From Clostridia bacterium (GTDB lineage: Bacteria; Bacillota; Clostridia; Christensenellales; UBA3700), in assembly GCA_029061605.1 (NCBI GenBank), contig JAIDRT010000012.1, positions 66,239-130,238 of the forward strand: a DNA stretch of 64,000 nucleotides, given 5' to 3'. The notes under the pieces were generated by a model. The model saw nothing but the letters and a program-made list of their open reading frames with translations. It did no database searches and was not told where the DNA came from. The position numbers were made by a program, and so were the translations under genes. Below, in pieces: positions 46,697 to 54,823 of this stretch; position 1 is the first letter of the stretch, and every line of letters starts with the position of its first letter.

Positions 46697-46909
46697 GTCA
46701 TTTCGACTGGAACGTAGCGTAATGGAGAAATCTCTATATATTTCTGTCATCTCGACCGAAGTGGAGAGATCTAATCCTATTAATAAATAAAAAATAATAG
46801 TGAGTGTCGGATATTTTATTGTCATTTACTTTTGCTACATCCTCTCACCACGCCTCTCTCGCTATACCGTTGCTCCGCTCCTTACGACCAAAGTGGATAT
46901 ATCTAATCC
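46697..46909. repeat. hairpin-module repeats (family A), three copies
   Basis: Copies at 46697-46735 (long-loop variant), 46747-46776 (gtcaTCTCgaccgaagtggaGAGAtctaatcc) and 46878-46909 (degenerate). Confidence 0.75.
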
Positions 46910-46922
46910 TTTTAATTTTTAA

Positions 46923-47510
46923 TTATTTATCTTCATTATTATCGTTAGGTTGAATAAATATAGGCGACAAATTTTGTTTTTTCAATTTTCTTTTCTTTTG
47001 AATTTTGTTTATTTGCTTTAATAGCAGAGGCCAAAATAGCATTGGATAAAACAATACCACTACAAAAATAGTTAAACCTATTAAAATAGAGGTGTTAGGC
47101 TTGCCGCCCACTGCTATACTATGCCCCTTACCGTCGATATAAATATTTATTTTCCTACCCAAATATTTTTCAGCATTTTCTCTACCTCTTATACCTACTA
47201 ATCCCGTTCCTTCATATTTTATATCTCCATCTTGATATTCATATACTACGTAACACTGTACATGTGACGGATCATGATAACGAACGTCTCCTCCTCTAAA
47301 ATATACTTCAACTCGAGTAAGTTCGGCTTCAACTATTATCCCTGCTTTAATAGCGGCGTATCCATAATGAACCTCATAACACGCTTTACCCCACCCCCAT
47401 AACAATACTCCGTACGTAGTACCGAATATTGCGTATAGTATCAAAGTCACTAATAATGACCCAACGCTTACGTTATGTATTTTCTTTTTCTTATTTCTTT
47501 TTTCTTCCAT
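46923..47510 (-). CDS. DUF3592-like membrane protein
   Basis: TM, beta-rich core, TM layout. Paralog of 48072-48623 (shared ...IYIDGKG(H/N)SIA.G.K.N...). The start is uncertain: GTG at 47528 or ATG at 47510. Confidence 0.6.
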   Translation of the reverse strand: MEEKRNKKKKIHNVSVGSLLVTLILYAIFGTTYGVLLWGWGKACYEVHYGYAAIKAGIIVEAELTRVEVYFRGGDVRYHDPSHVQCYVVYEYQDGDIKYEGTGLVGIRGRENAEKYLGRKINIYIDGKGHSIAVGGKPNTSILIGLTIFVVVLFYPMLFWPLLLKQINKIQKKRKLKKQNLSPIFIQPNDNNEDK

Positions 47511-47514
47511 ACTT

Positions 47515-48066
47515 TTAATTTCTATCACTCTTCAAGATAGCATAATACGCGCAATCTACGATACCTTGATTATTTATATCGGCTTTTCTCATAGTGCCCT
47601 CGTATTTCATACCGCATTTTTTCATAACTCTACCTGAATTTACGTTGACAGGGTCGTGGCGTGATTCTATTCTTTCAAATCCCACTTTGTCAAACAAAAA
47701 GTCAATTACTGCGCTCAAAGCCTCTGAAGTGATGCCCTTATGCCACCACTTTTTGCCAATGCAATAACCTATATGCGCAGCCTTTATATGTTCTTTTAAA
47801 TCAACTACGCCGATAGTACCGATAGGCTCGTCAATTTCTTTCAACACTATTGCCCAATCATAAAAATTATCGTTGACATAGTTTTTCTTTAGATACTCTA
47901 TCCTCTCTTTTGCTTGGCTCATATCCGTATAAGTCTGCCACATAAGATATTTAGTAACTTCGTCGTCCGACGCCCAATTTTCATAGATATAATGAGCCTC
48001 TTCGTCTTTGAATCTTCTCAATATCAATCTTTCCGTCTCTATCGTTTGCGTGCCTATATGTTTCAT
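47515..48066 (-). CDS. GNAT family N-acetyltransferase (RimJ/RimL-like)
   Basis: TERLILRRFKDEEAHYIYENWASDDEVTKYL...GYCIGKKWWHKGITSEA. Confidence 0.8.
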   Translation of the reverse strand: MKHIGTQTIETERLILRRFKDEEAHYIYENWASDDEVTKYLMWQTYTDMSQAKERIEYLKKNYVNDNFYDWAIVLKEIDEPIGTIGVVDLKEHIKAAHIGYCIGKKWWHKGITSEALSAVIDFLFDKVGFERIESRHDPVNVNSGRVMKKCGMKYEGTMRKADINNQGIVDCAYYAILKSDRN

Positions 48067-48071
48067 AATAA

Positions 48072-48623
48072 TCAATCTCTTTTATTTTCTTCGTATTCAA
48101 TTATAATTTCTTCATAACTGTTATTATCTTTATGACGATATGGAATCTTTGACCATATCACAAATGCAATAATTGCTACGTCTATAATAAAAAATATTAT
48201 AGCAACAATAATATACTGCGTAGGATTTGTTTTATTTCCTTTTGCTATACTGTTTCCTTTTCCATCAATATAAATTTCTATTTTTTCGCCAATATGCTGT
48301 TTTGCCTCTTTTTCTGTGTTATATCCTGCTTTGGCGGTTCCGCTATAAATTGTTCCGTCAACGTCAATATAATTATAAATTGTTTCAAAACTTTTATCTC
48401 CTCTAGTCCGAAATTCTCCAATCATACCGCTTGACCCATAGGACCTCACATTGACAATAGTTGCTTCAACTATCACACCGCCATTTTGAGCATTTTGCAT
48501 TTTTACCTCTACTACACATTTACATATGCTTATTACAACTATTACTCCAATTGCCACTATGATAAATATAGGTGCGATGTATGTTTTTATATCATCCCAA
48601 AAATTTTTTAATTTCTCTTTCAT
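48072..48623 (-). CDS. DUF3592-like membrane protein
   Basis: 183 aa with the same layout as 46923-47510. Its ATG overlaps the recF stop (TAATG). Confidence 0.6.
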   Translation of the reverse strand: MKEKLKNFWDDIKTYIAPIFIIVAIGVIVVISICKCVVEVKMQNAQNGGVIVEATIVNVRSYGSSGMIGEFRTRGDKSFETIYNYIDVDGTIYSGTAKAGYNTEKEAKQHIGEKIEIYIDGKGNSIAKGNKTNPTQYIIVAIIFFIIDVAIIAFVIWSKIPYRHKDNNSYEEIIIEYEENKRD

Positions 48624-49702
48624 TATTTCTTTTCTTTTTCTATGACTATCCTGTTGTGTTCTATATCCATATCAAAATCAGTGCAAGTAATAAGCGTCTG
48701 TAATCCGCTTGAGAGTTCCATAAGTTTTCTGCGACGGCTTGGATCGAGTTCGGAAAGCACGTCGTCGAGAAGTAAAACAGGTTTTTCCCCCACTTCGCTT
48801 TCAAATAGATATATCTCCGCCAATTTAAGAGACAGCGCCACGCTACGCTGTTGTCCTTGAGATCCAAATTTGCGTACGTCTATATTGTTGATTTTTATGC
48901 CTATATCGTCTCTGTGGGCGCCGAAAGAAGTATACAAAAGATTGAGGTCTTTTTCAAAGTCTCCTCTCAATCTCTCAAAAAATGATTCTTTCATTTTATT
49001 GTATTCTCCGTATTCCACACGGCTTTCATACTCAAGCGTCAAATCTTCAAGATCGCTTGTCAATTCGCTATGCATCTTCTTGGCAAATACTTGTATCTTT
49101 TCTACAAATTCATATCTTTTTTGTACGATATATGCGCCGTGTTCTGCAAGTTGAATATCCCAACCGTACAGCATTTCGGGAAGAGCCTTGACGTCTCTGT
49201 GTTCTTTTAGTAGTTTGTTTCGTTGAGCAAGTATATTATTATATTTAGAGAGAGAATAAAAATATTTTTTGTTTTGCTGTGACAAACTTATATCTGCAAA
49301 TCTTCTTCGCTCTTGCGGACTTTCTTTTATAAGTTTCATTTCGTCAGGCGAAAAGAAAACAATATTGAGTATACCTATTATTTCTCCCAATTTGACAAGC
49401 GGTATTCCGTCGACGGCAATTCTCTTTTTATCTTGATTGTCTATAGAAAACTCTATAGTATGTGTAGTTTTATTTTTTCTCAAGACTACTTTTATATAAG
49501 CAATATCACTGCCCCACTTAATCATTTCTTTATATTTGTTTGTACGAGGAGATTTGCCAATACCCGAGCAATAGATACTTTCCAAAAGATTGGTCTTACC
49601 ACTGGCATTTTGTCCAACGATAATATTGAGACCTTCTTTAAAAGTCACTTGTTTTTGCTCATAACTGCGAAAATTCTTAAGTTGGACACTCTCTATATAC
49701 AT
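48623..49702 (-). CDS. recF: DNA replication and repair protein RecF
   Basis: MYIESVQLKNFRSYEQ...VGQNASGKTNLLESIY...LLLDDVLSELD. Confidence 0.9.
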   Translation of the reverse strand: MYIESVQLKNFRSYEQKQVTFKEGLNIIVGQNASGKTNLLESIYCSGIGKSPRTNKYKEMIKWGSDIAYIKVVLRKNKTTHTIEFSIDNQDKKRIAVDGIPLVKLGEIIGILNIVFFSPDEMKLIKESPQERRRFADISLSQQNKKYFYSLSKYNNILAQRNKLLKEHRDVKALPEMLYGWDIQLAEHGAYIVQKRYEFVEKIQVFAKKMHSELTSDLEDLTLEYESRVEYGEYNKMKESFFERLRGDFEKDLNLLYTSFGAHRDDIGIKINNIDVRKFGSQGQQRSVALSLKLAEIYLFESEVGEKPVLLLDDVLSELDPSRRRKLMELSSGLQTLITCTDFDMDIEHNRIVIEKEKK

Positions 49703-49708
49703 AATTTT

Positions 49709-49737
49709 ATTTTACAATAATTTATATTTTTTCTCAA
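49709..49737 (-). promoter_or_regulatory. predicted recF promoter positioned for a leaderless transcript
   Basis: Minus strand reads TTGAGA (49732-49737), 17 nt, TAAAAT (49709-49714), 6 nt, ATG (49702). No SD-like sequence. Confidence 0.45.
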
Positions 49738-49757
49738 CTAAATATCTTATCAATTTT

Positions 49758-49845
49758 CTCGCCTTCCCCTATAAGGGAAGATGTCACACAGTGACGAAAG
49801 GGGTGTTCTATTCGTCATTTCGAGCGTAGTTGAGAAATCTCAATC
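49758..49845. repeat. hairpin-module repeats (family B then A) between recF and dnaA
   Basis: cttcccctataagggaag-atgtcacacagtgacg-aaagggg, followed by gtcaTTTCgagcgtagttgaGAAAtctcaatc. Confidence 0.75.
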
Positions 49846-49872
49846 ATCTTAAAAAAATAATGTATTCTTTTA

Positions 49873-49901
49873 TTGAAAATTTTTTCTTTTTATATTATAA
49901 T
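49873..49901 (+). promoter_or_regulatory. predicted dnaA promoter positioned for a leaderless transcript
   Basis: TTGAAA (49873-49878), 17 nt, TATAAT (49896-49901), 6 nt, ATG (49908). No SD-like sequence. Confidence 0.45.
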
Positions 49902-49907
49902 ATACGT

Positions 49908-51263
49908 ATGGAAGATTGCAAGAAGATTTGGAACGAATTATCAATAGGAATATCAAATAATATATCTACAATAAGTTACGATATGTGGTTTACTTCTCTA
50001 GAGCCTCTTACCGTTGCTTATAACAAACTTATTATTGTTGCAAAACTCAAATCTACCAAACAGGCTATCAACAACAATTACAGAGATCTCATTCTCAGCG
50101 AGATCAAAAAACTCAATTATTCTTACATCACTGACTTTGTCATCATCACGCCTGACGAAATATCGGTATATGAAAGTCAAATTCAAGAAGACAAAGAAGA
50201 ATTGATAAAAGATAATATCGACAGCAAGAGTTTTTTCAATTCTGACTTCACTTTTGACAAATTTGTCGTAGGTCAAAGCAACCAGATAGTATATGCTGCG
50301 GCAAAAGCAATATCCACTCAACCCGGCACGTTGCACAACCCTTTGTTTATCTACGGCGGCGTAGGTCTTGGAAAAACCCACATAATGCACGCTATCGGCA
50401 ACGAGATCTTAAAAAACAACAAAAAAGCCAAGATAATCTATTGCACGACAGAACAATTTGTCAACGACTTTATTGACAGCATCAAAAACAATAAAGACAA
50501 CGAACAAAACAGACGTTTTAGAGAAAAATATCGCAACGTAGATATTCTTATGCTTGACGATATTCAATTTCTTGCAGGAAAGACAGGTACGCAAGAGGCT
50601 TTATTCCACACTTTCAACGACTTGTATCAATTCAAAAAGCAAATAATACTCTCTTCTGATCGTCATCCAAAAGAATTGACTTTCCTTGAAGAGAGATTGC
50701 AGTCGAGATTTGCAAGCGGACTTACGGTAGACATATCCACTCCTGACTTGGAGACGAGAATTGCCATACTTCAAAAGAAGGCTTTTTATAAAAACGTAAA
50801 TCTTCCGATAGAAGTAGTATACTTCATTGCCGAAAAGATAGACAGCAATATAAGAGAACTTGAAGGCGCTCTTCAAAAGGTCGTATTTTACTGTCAGTTG
50901 CTTGGCAAAGAGCCTGACAATATTGACATAATCAAAGAGGCTCTCAAAGACGATATTGACGTCACTACTCATATTCTGTCAATGGATACCATAGTAGACG
51001 CAACTTGCTCTTATTTCAACGTCAAAAAACAAGATATAATCGGCAAGAAAAAACTCAAACAAATAGTTATGGCAAGACAGATTGCAATATATCTCATATA
51101 CGATATGATGGGCGTTCCCCTTGCGACAATAGGAAGTTATTTTGGCGGAAAGGACCACACCACTATCATATATGCGCGCGATAAGATAGAAGAACTTATC
51201 AAAAGCGACAACTTGGTCAACAGCCAAATCAAAGATATACGCAATATGATACAAAAAAGATAA
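49908..51263 (+). CDS. dnaA: chromosomal replication initiator protein DnaA
   Basis: MEDCKKIWNELS...FDKFVVGQSNQIVYAAA...NPLFIYGGVGLGKTHIMHAIGN...LMLDDIQFLAGK...GGKDHTTIIYA. The upstream TTG at 49830 is rejected because it lies inside a repeat element. Confidence 0.95.
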   Translation: MEDCKKIWNELSIGISNNISTISYDMWFTSLEPLTVAYNKLIIVAKLKSTKQAINNNYRDLILSEIKKLNYSYITDFVIITPDEISVYESQIQEDKEELIKDNIDSKSFFNSDFTFDKFVVGQSNQIVYAAAKAISTQPGTLHNPLFIYGGVGLGKTHIMHAIGNEILKNNKKAKIIYCTTEQFVNDFIDSIKNNKDNEQNRRFREKYRNVDILMLDDIQFLAGKTGTQEALFHTFNDLYQFKKQIILSSDRHPKELTFLEERLQSRFASGLTVDISTPDLETRIAILQKKAFYKNVNLPIEVVYFIAEKIDSNIRELEGALQKVVFYCQLLGKEPDNIDIIKEALKDDIDVTTHILSMDTIVDATCSYFNVKKQDIIGKKKLKQIVMARQIAIYLIYDMMGVPLATIGSYFGGKDHTTIIYARDKIEELIKSDNLVNSQIKDIRNMIQKR

Positions 51264-51308
51264 AAACGCATAACCAATTGACATAATAGATATAAAAGAA
51301 TATCTTTT

Positions 51309-51408
51309 TGTGGATAATGTGGAAATCTTATAAATTTTATCAACATACTTATATACATAAAATATCTCAATTTTATTGAAAATATGTCGATAAAAACACT
51401 TATCAACA
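51309..51408. promoter_or_regulatory. DnaA-box cluster in the dnaA-dnaN spacer
   Basis: TGTGGATAA (51309-51317, perfect). Adjacent TGTGGAAAT (51318-51326, 2 mismatches). TTATCAACA at 51337-51345 and 51400-51408 (1 mismatch each). An A/T-rich stretch at 51440-51466 follows. Confidence 0.6.
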
Positions 51409-51481
51409 TTTCCCTATCCCTTATTGATATTATGATTATCTAACAAATATAAAAAAATATATAATTTACAGAGGTGTATAA

Positions 51482-52588
51482 ATGAAGTTTATTTGCAACG
51501 GAACAGATTTGTCAGACGCTTTGTCAAAAGTAATGAAGGCTCTTCCTTCAAAAAAAAGTATGCCTATTCTTGAAGGTATCAAGTTTAGCGCTTTCGGCGA
51601 CACTTTGACGATAATGGCAACGGATATAGAGTTTGTAATAGTAATGAAAATAAAAGCCGATATAATTATGGAAGGAGAAGTACTTGTACCGGGCAGAACT
51701 ATCTGCGAATATATAAGAAAGATAAGCAAGGAAAATATAATTGAGTTTGATTCTCAAATAGAGGCGGACAAGTTGTATATTTCTCACTGCGACAGTTTTA
51801 TATATCTTGCTACTATGAACATAAGCGAATACCCTTCTATAGAGGATCAAGAATATACGACAGGGCTTACTATTAAGCAAAAGGATTTCAAAGACCTTGT
51901 CAATAAGACTATATTTGCAACTTCTACTGAAGATATAAGACAACAACTCAAAGGTTGTTTGTTGGATATAAAAGGCAATAGAATAAGAAGTGTCGGTCTT
52001 GACGGTTATAGACTTGCAATTTGCAATAAAGAACTTGAGAATGAGCATCAAGACAGCAATATAATAGTTCCGGCAAAGAGTCTTAGCGAGATTGCAAAAC
52101 TTCTTGAGAATGACGACGAATTAGTCAATATTCAATTCAACGAAAAGAAAATGATGGTTGAATTTGAAAACAGCAAGATAATAACTTCCCTAATTGGAGG
52201 AACTTTCATTAAATATGAATCCACTATTCCAAAGAATTTTGAGACTGAAGTAACTGTAGACAGAGCAAGTCTTGAATACAGTATGGATAAAGTAGACGTA
52301 ATTGCCAAGCAAGATAAGAGCAATTATATAAAGATAGATATAAAAGAAGGAAAGATGTCTATCTATTGCAACACCAGCACCAGCAATATAAAAGAAGTAA
52401 TAAATACCTTTACAAAAGGTAAAGACGTGACTATAAGTCTAAGCGCAAAATACCTCACTGACTGTATCAAAAACAGCAGTGACGAATACCTCTCTATCAA
52501 GATTTCCAACAGCAGTAATCCTGTGGTTATTACTCCAATAGAGAGCGAAGAATATTTGTATTTGATATTGCCTATTCGTACGAGATAA
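51482..52588 (+). CDS. dnaN: DNA polymerase III beta sliding clamp
   Basis: 368 aa. MKFICNGTDLSDALSKVMKALPSKKSMPILEGIKF is a typical DnaN N-terminus. Located directly after dnaA. Confidence 0.95.
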   Translation: MKFICNGTDLSDALSKVMKALPSKKSMPILEGIKFSAFGDTLTIMATDIEFVIVMKIKADIIMEGEVLVPGRTICEYIRKISKENIIEFDSQIEADKLYISHCDSFIYLATMNISEYPSIEDQEYTTGLTIKQKDFKDLVNKTIFATSTEDIRQQLKGCLLDIKGNRIRSVGLDGYRLAICNKELENEHQDSNIIVPAKSLSEIAKLLENDDELVNIQFNEKKMMVEFENSKIITSLIGGTFIKYESTIPKNFETEVTVDRASLEYSMDKVDVIAKQDKSNYIKIDIKEGKMSIYCNTSTSNIKEVINTFTKGKDVTISLSAKYLTDCIKNSSDEYLSIKISNSSNPVVITPIESEEYLYLILPIRTR

Positions 52589-52690
52589 ATTTTATTTAAC
52601 GTTTGGCAAATTAAATAGTTATATTGTCACTTAAAGACAGTGATATTTGCTTAAAAATAGTATATTGTTGCTAAAGAATAAGTTATATTA

Positions 52691-52725
52691 AAAAGTTAGG
52701 TACTTTATTGTACCTAACTTTTTTG
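52691..52725 (+). terminator. rho-independent terminator after dnaN
   Basis: aaaagttaggta-ctttattg-tacctaactttttt. Confidence 0.65.
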
Positions 52726-52761
52726 TTAAGGACAAAAATATATACGGATAAATATACATAA

Positions 52762-53000
52762 CGTCATTTTGACTTTATTATTTTGTCATTTCGACCGAAA
52801 CGAAGTGTAGTCGTAAGGATCATAGCGAGCAAGCAGGTACGTTTTGTACGTGCGTCAGAATCTAATATGATGTCATTTCGAGCGTAGTCGAGAAATCTAA
52901 TCAGTATAATACACTATCTCTATACTCAGAAAGACCTTTTTAAAGTGTAAACACCTTGAACGAGTAATTCTGAGTGGAGCAAAGCGAAATCGAAGAATCT
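52762..53000. repeat. hairpin-module repeats (family A variants), at least four modules
   Basis: Modules at 52762-52775 (partial), 52785-52860 (long-loop variant), 52872-52902 (gtcaTTTCgagcgtagtcgaGAAAtctaatc) and 52964-53000 (aattctgag...cgaagaatcta). Confidence 0.75.
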
Positions 53001-53027
53001 AAAAAAAGAGGCATTTAAGCCTCTCTT
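53001..53027 (-). terminator. rho-independent terminator after parB
   Basis: Minus-strand RNA agaggc-ttaaat-gcctct followed by ttttttt. Confidence 0.6.
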
Positions 53028-53031
53028 TTAA

Positions 53032-53910
53032 TTACTTAATTTTCTCTAATATCTCAAATATTCTATCAAGATCTGCAGTCGAATAATAATCTATATATAT
53101 TCTACCCTTGTTGTTATTACCTACGGCATTTACTTTTGTACCAAATTTTCTTTGCATTATATTAGCCAAATCTTTAAGTTCGATAGTGAGTTCCGGTATT
53201 GCTTTTTTCTTACGCTCTTCGTCGTTTGGATCTGTCTTAAGATAATTTCTTACCATAAGTTCCAATTGTCTTACGCTCAATTGCTTATCGCAACAAGCCA
53301 AAGCATAGGTGTGCTGCACGACGTAATCTTTAATTGAAGTAAGGCATCTTGCGTGGCCTGCGGATATTCTTCCGTTTGTTACCATATCAATTACGACAGG
53401 ATTGAGAGTAAGAAGTCTCAAAGAATTGGTTATTACAGGACGTGATTTGCCGAGTTTATCAGCGAGTTGTTCTTGCGTAAAATCAAATTCGTCTATCAAT
53501 GCTTTATATGCTTGAGCCTCTTCTATTGGATTTAAGTCTTGACGTTGAAGATTTTCTATAAGAGAAATTTCTTTGATTTCTTTGCTAGTATAGTATTTTT
53601 TTATTACCGGTATGGTGTTTATACCTGCGAGTTTGCTTGCTCTGTATCTTCTCTCGCCTGCAACTATCTGATATTTACCGCTTCCAATAGGACAAACTAT
53701 GATAGGCTGAATAATTCCGTAGTTTTTAATAGAAATAGCAAGTTCTTCAAGCAAATTTTCGTCAAATTTTTTTCTTGGCTGATTGGGATTGGCAACAATA
53801 CTTTCCAAAGGCAAAATTTCTACGCCTTCGTTGAGATTACCGTTTTTATCGTAGGTAGTGAATTCACTGTCGTTACCCAAATTTCTATCCATATTATTGT
53901 CTTTTTTCAT
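53032..53910 (-). CDS. parB: ParB/Spo0J family partition protein
   Basis: IVANPNQPRKKFDENLLEELAISIKNYGIIQPIIV...YQIVAGERRYRASKLAG. AGGAGA RBS. Confidence 0.85.
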   Translation of the reverse strand: MKKDNNMDRNLGNDSEFTTYDKNGNLNEGVEILPLESIVANPNQPRKKFDENLLEELAISIKNYGIIQPIIVCPIGSGKYQIVAGERRYRASKLAGINTIPVIKKYYTSKEIKEISLIENLQRQDLNPIEEAQAYKALIDEFDFTQEQLADKLGKSRPVITNSLRLLTLNPVVIDMVTNGRISAGHARCLTSIKDYVVQHTYALACCDKQLSVRQLELMVRNYLKTDPNDEERKKKAIPELTIELKDLANIMQRKFGTKVNAVGNNNKGRIYIDYYSTADLDRIFEILEKIK

Positions 53911-54073
53911 AATTTCTCCTAGTTAAAGAGTCTCTTGTTAATATTTTTCTCTTTATAGCGAAAATTTTTATCGTTTGCTATTTCTTTTAGTTTCAGCCCA
54001 CAATAAAAAAATTATATTTTTTTATTGTTTATTCTATTATAACAAAGAAAATTTAGATATGCAACATAAATTT

Positions 54074-54823
54074 TTATCCTAAAATAGGTTGAAGTCTCGG
54101 TTTGTTGCCAATTCTGGGATATTTTTTTGGACAATCGCCTATTTTCTTAATGATAAGAACGTATCTTTTTTCTTCGTCAGTCAAATCGTATTGTTTTACC
54201 TCTTGTAATTTTCCTTTCAAAATATCAAGTATTTTTGAACACTGTTTCAATTCTTCTTGATAATTTATACCTTTATACGCCAATAAAATACCGTCTTTTT
54301 TTATAAGAGGCAAAGTATATTCCACAAGAGTAGGCATACTTGCCAACGCTCTTGCAACGCAAGCGTCAAAAGATTGAAAATTTTCTCTTGCAAAATCCTC
54401 TACTCTAGAATGTATTGCAGTTACGTTTTGCAAATCAAGAATTTCTATGATATAATTTATGAAAGATATCTTTTTGTTTACGCTGTCCACGAGAGTAAAC
54501 TTTTTATCGGGATTGAGAATTGCCAATGGGATGCTCGGAAAGCCTGCGCCGCAACCGATGTCGCATATGCTCTGACTTTTGCCTAATAAATCGTTGGGCA
54601 AAATGCTGTCGATAAAGTGTTTTATCTGCACGTCTTGGGGCTGTGTAATCGCCGTCAAATTGAATTTTGAGTTCCACTCTATCAATTTATCGTAATAAAG
54701 TGAAAATTTAGTCAAGTAAAGTAAAACTTTATCGTGATAAAGTGAATTTTCATCATCATTGCAGGTGTTTTTATAAACGTTATTTATTAAATAATCTTTA
54801 AGAATATCCAATTGCATTTTCAT
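54074..54823 (-). CDS. rsmG: 16S rRNA (guanine527-N7)-methyltransferase RsmG
   Basis: KFNLTAIT...ICDIGCGAGFPSIPLAI...VDSVNKK..F. Located directly downstream of mnmG. Confidence 0.85.
   Translation of the reverse strand: MKMQLDILKDYLINNVYKNTCNDDENSLYHDKVLLYLTKFSLYYDKLIEWNSKFNLTAITQPQDVQIKHFIDSILPNDLLGKSQSICDIGCGAGFPSIPLAILNPDKKFTLVDSVNKKISFINYIIEILDLQNVTAIHSRVEDFARENFQSFDACVARALASMPTLVEYTLPLIKKDGILLAYKGINYQEELKQCSKILDILKGKLQEVKQYDLTDEEKRYVLIIKKIGDCPKKYPRIGNKPRLQPILG

Noticed and set aside
49830-49907. Upstream TTG start giving a 477-aa DnaA.
   Set aside because: The extra 26 codons lie within a family-A repeat module and A/T-rich promoter sequence. The conserved DnaA domain I begins at the ATG at 49908.
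54000-54028. 29-bp perfect A/T palindrome acaataaaaaaat-tat-atttttttattgt between rsmG and parB as a special regulatory or origin element.
   Set aside because: It is composed only of A/T apart from the terminal bases. It lies where an rsmG terminator and parB promoter are expected. There is not enough evidence for anything beyond a weak terminator.
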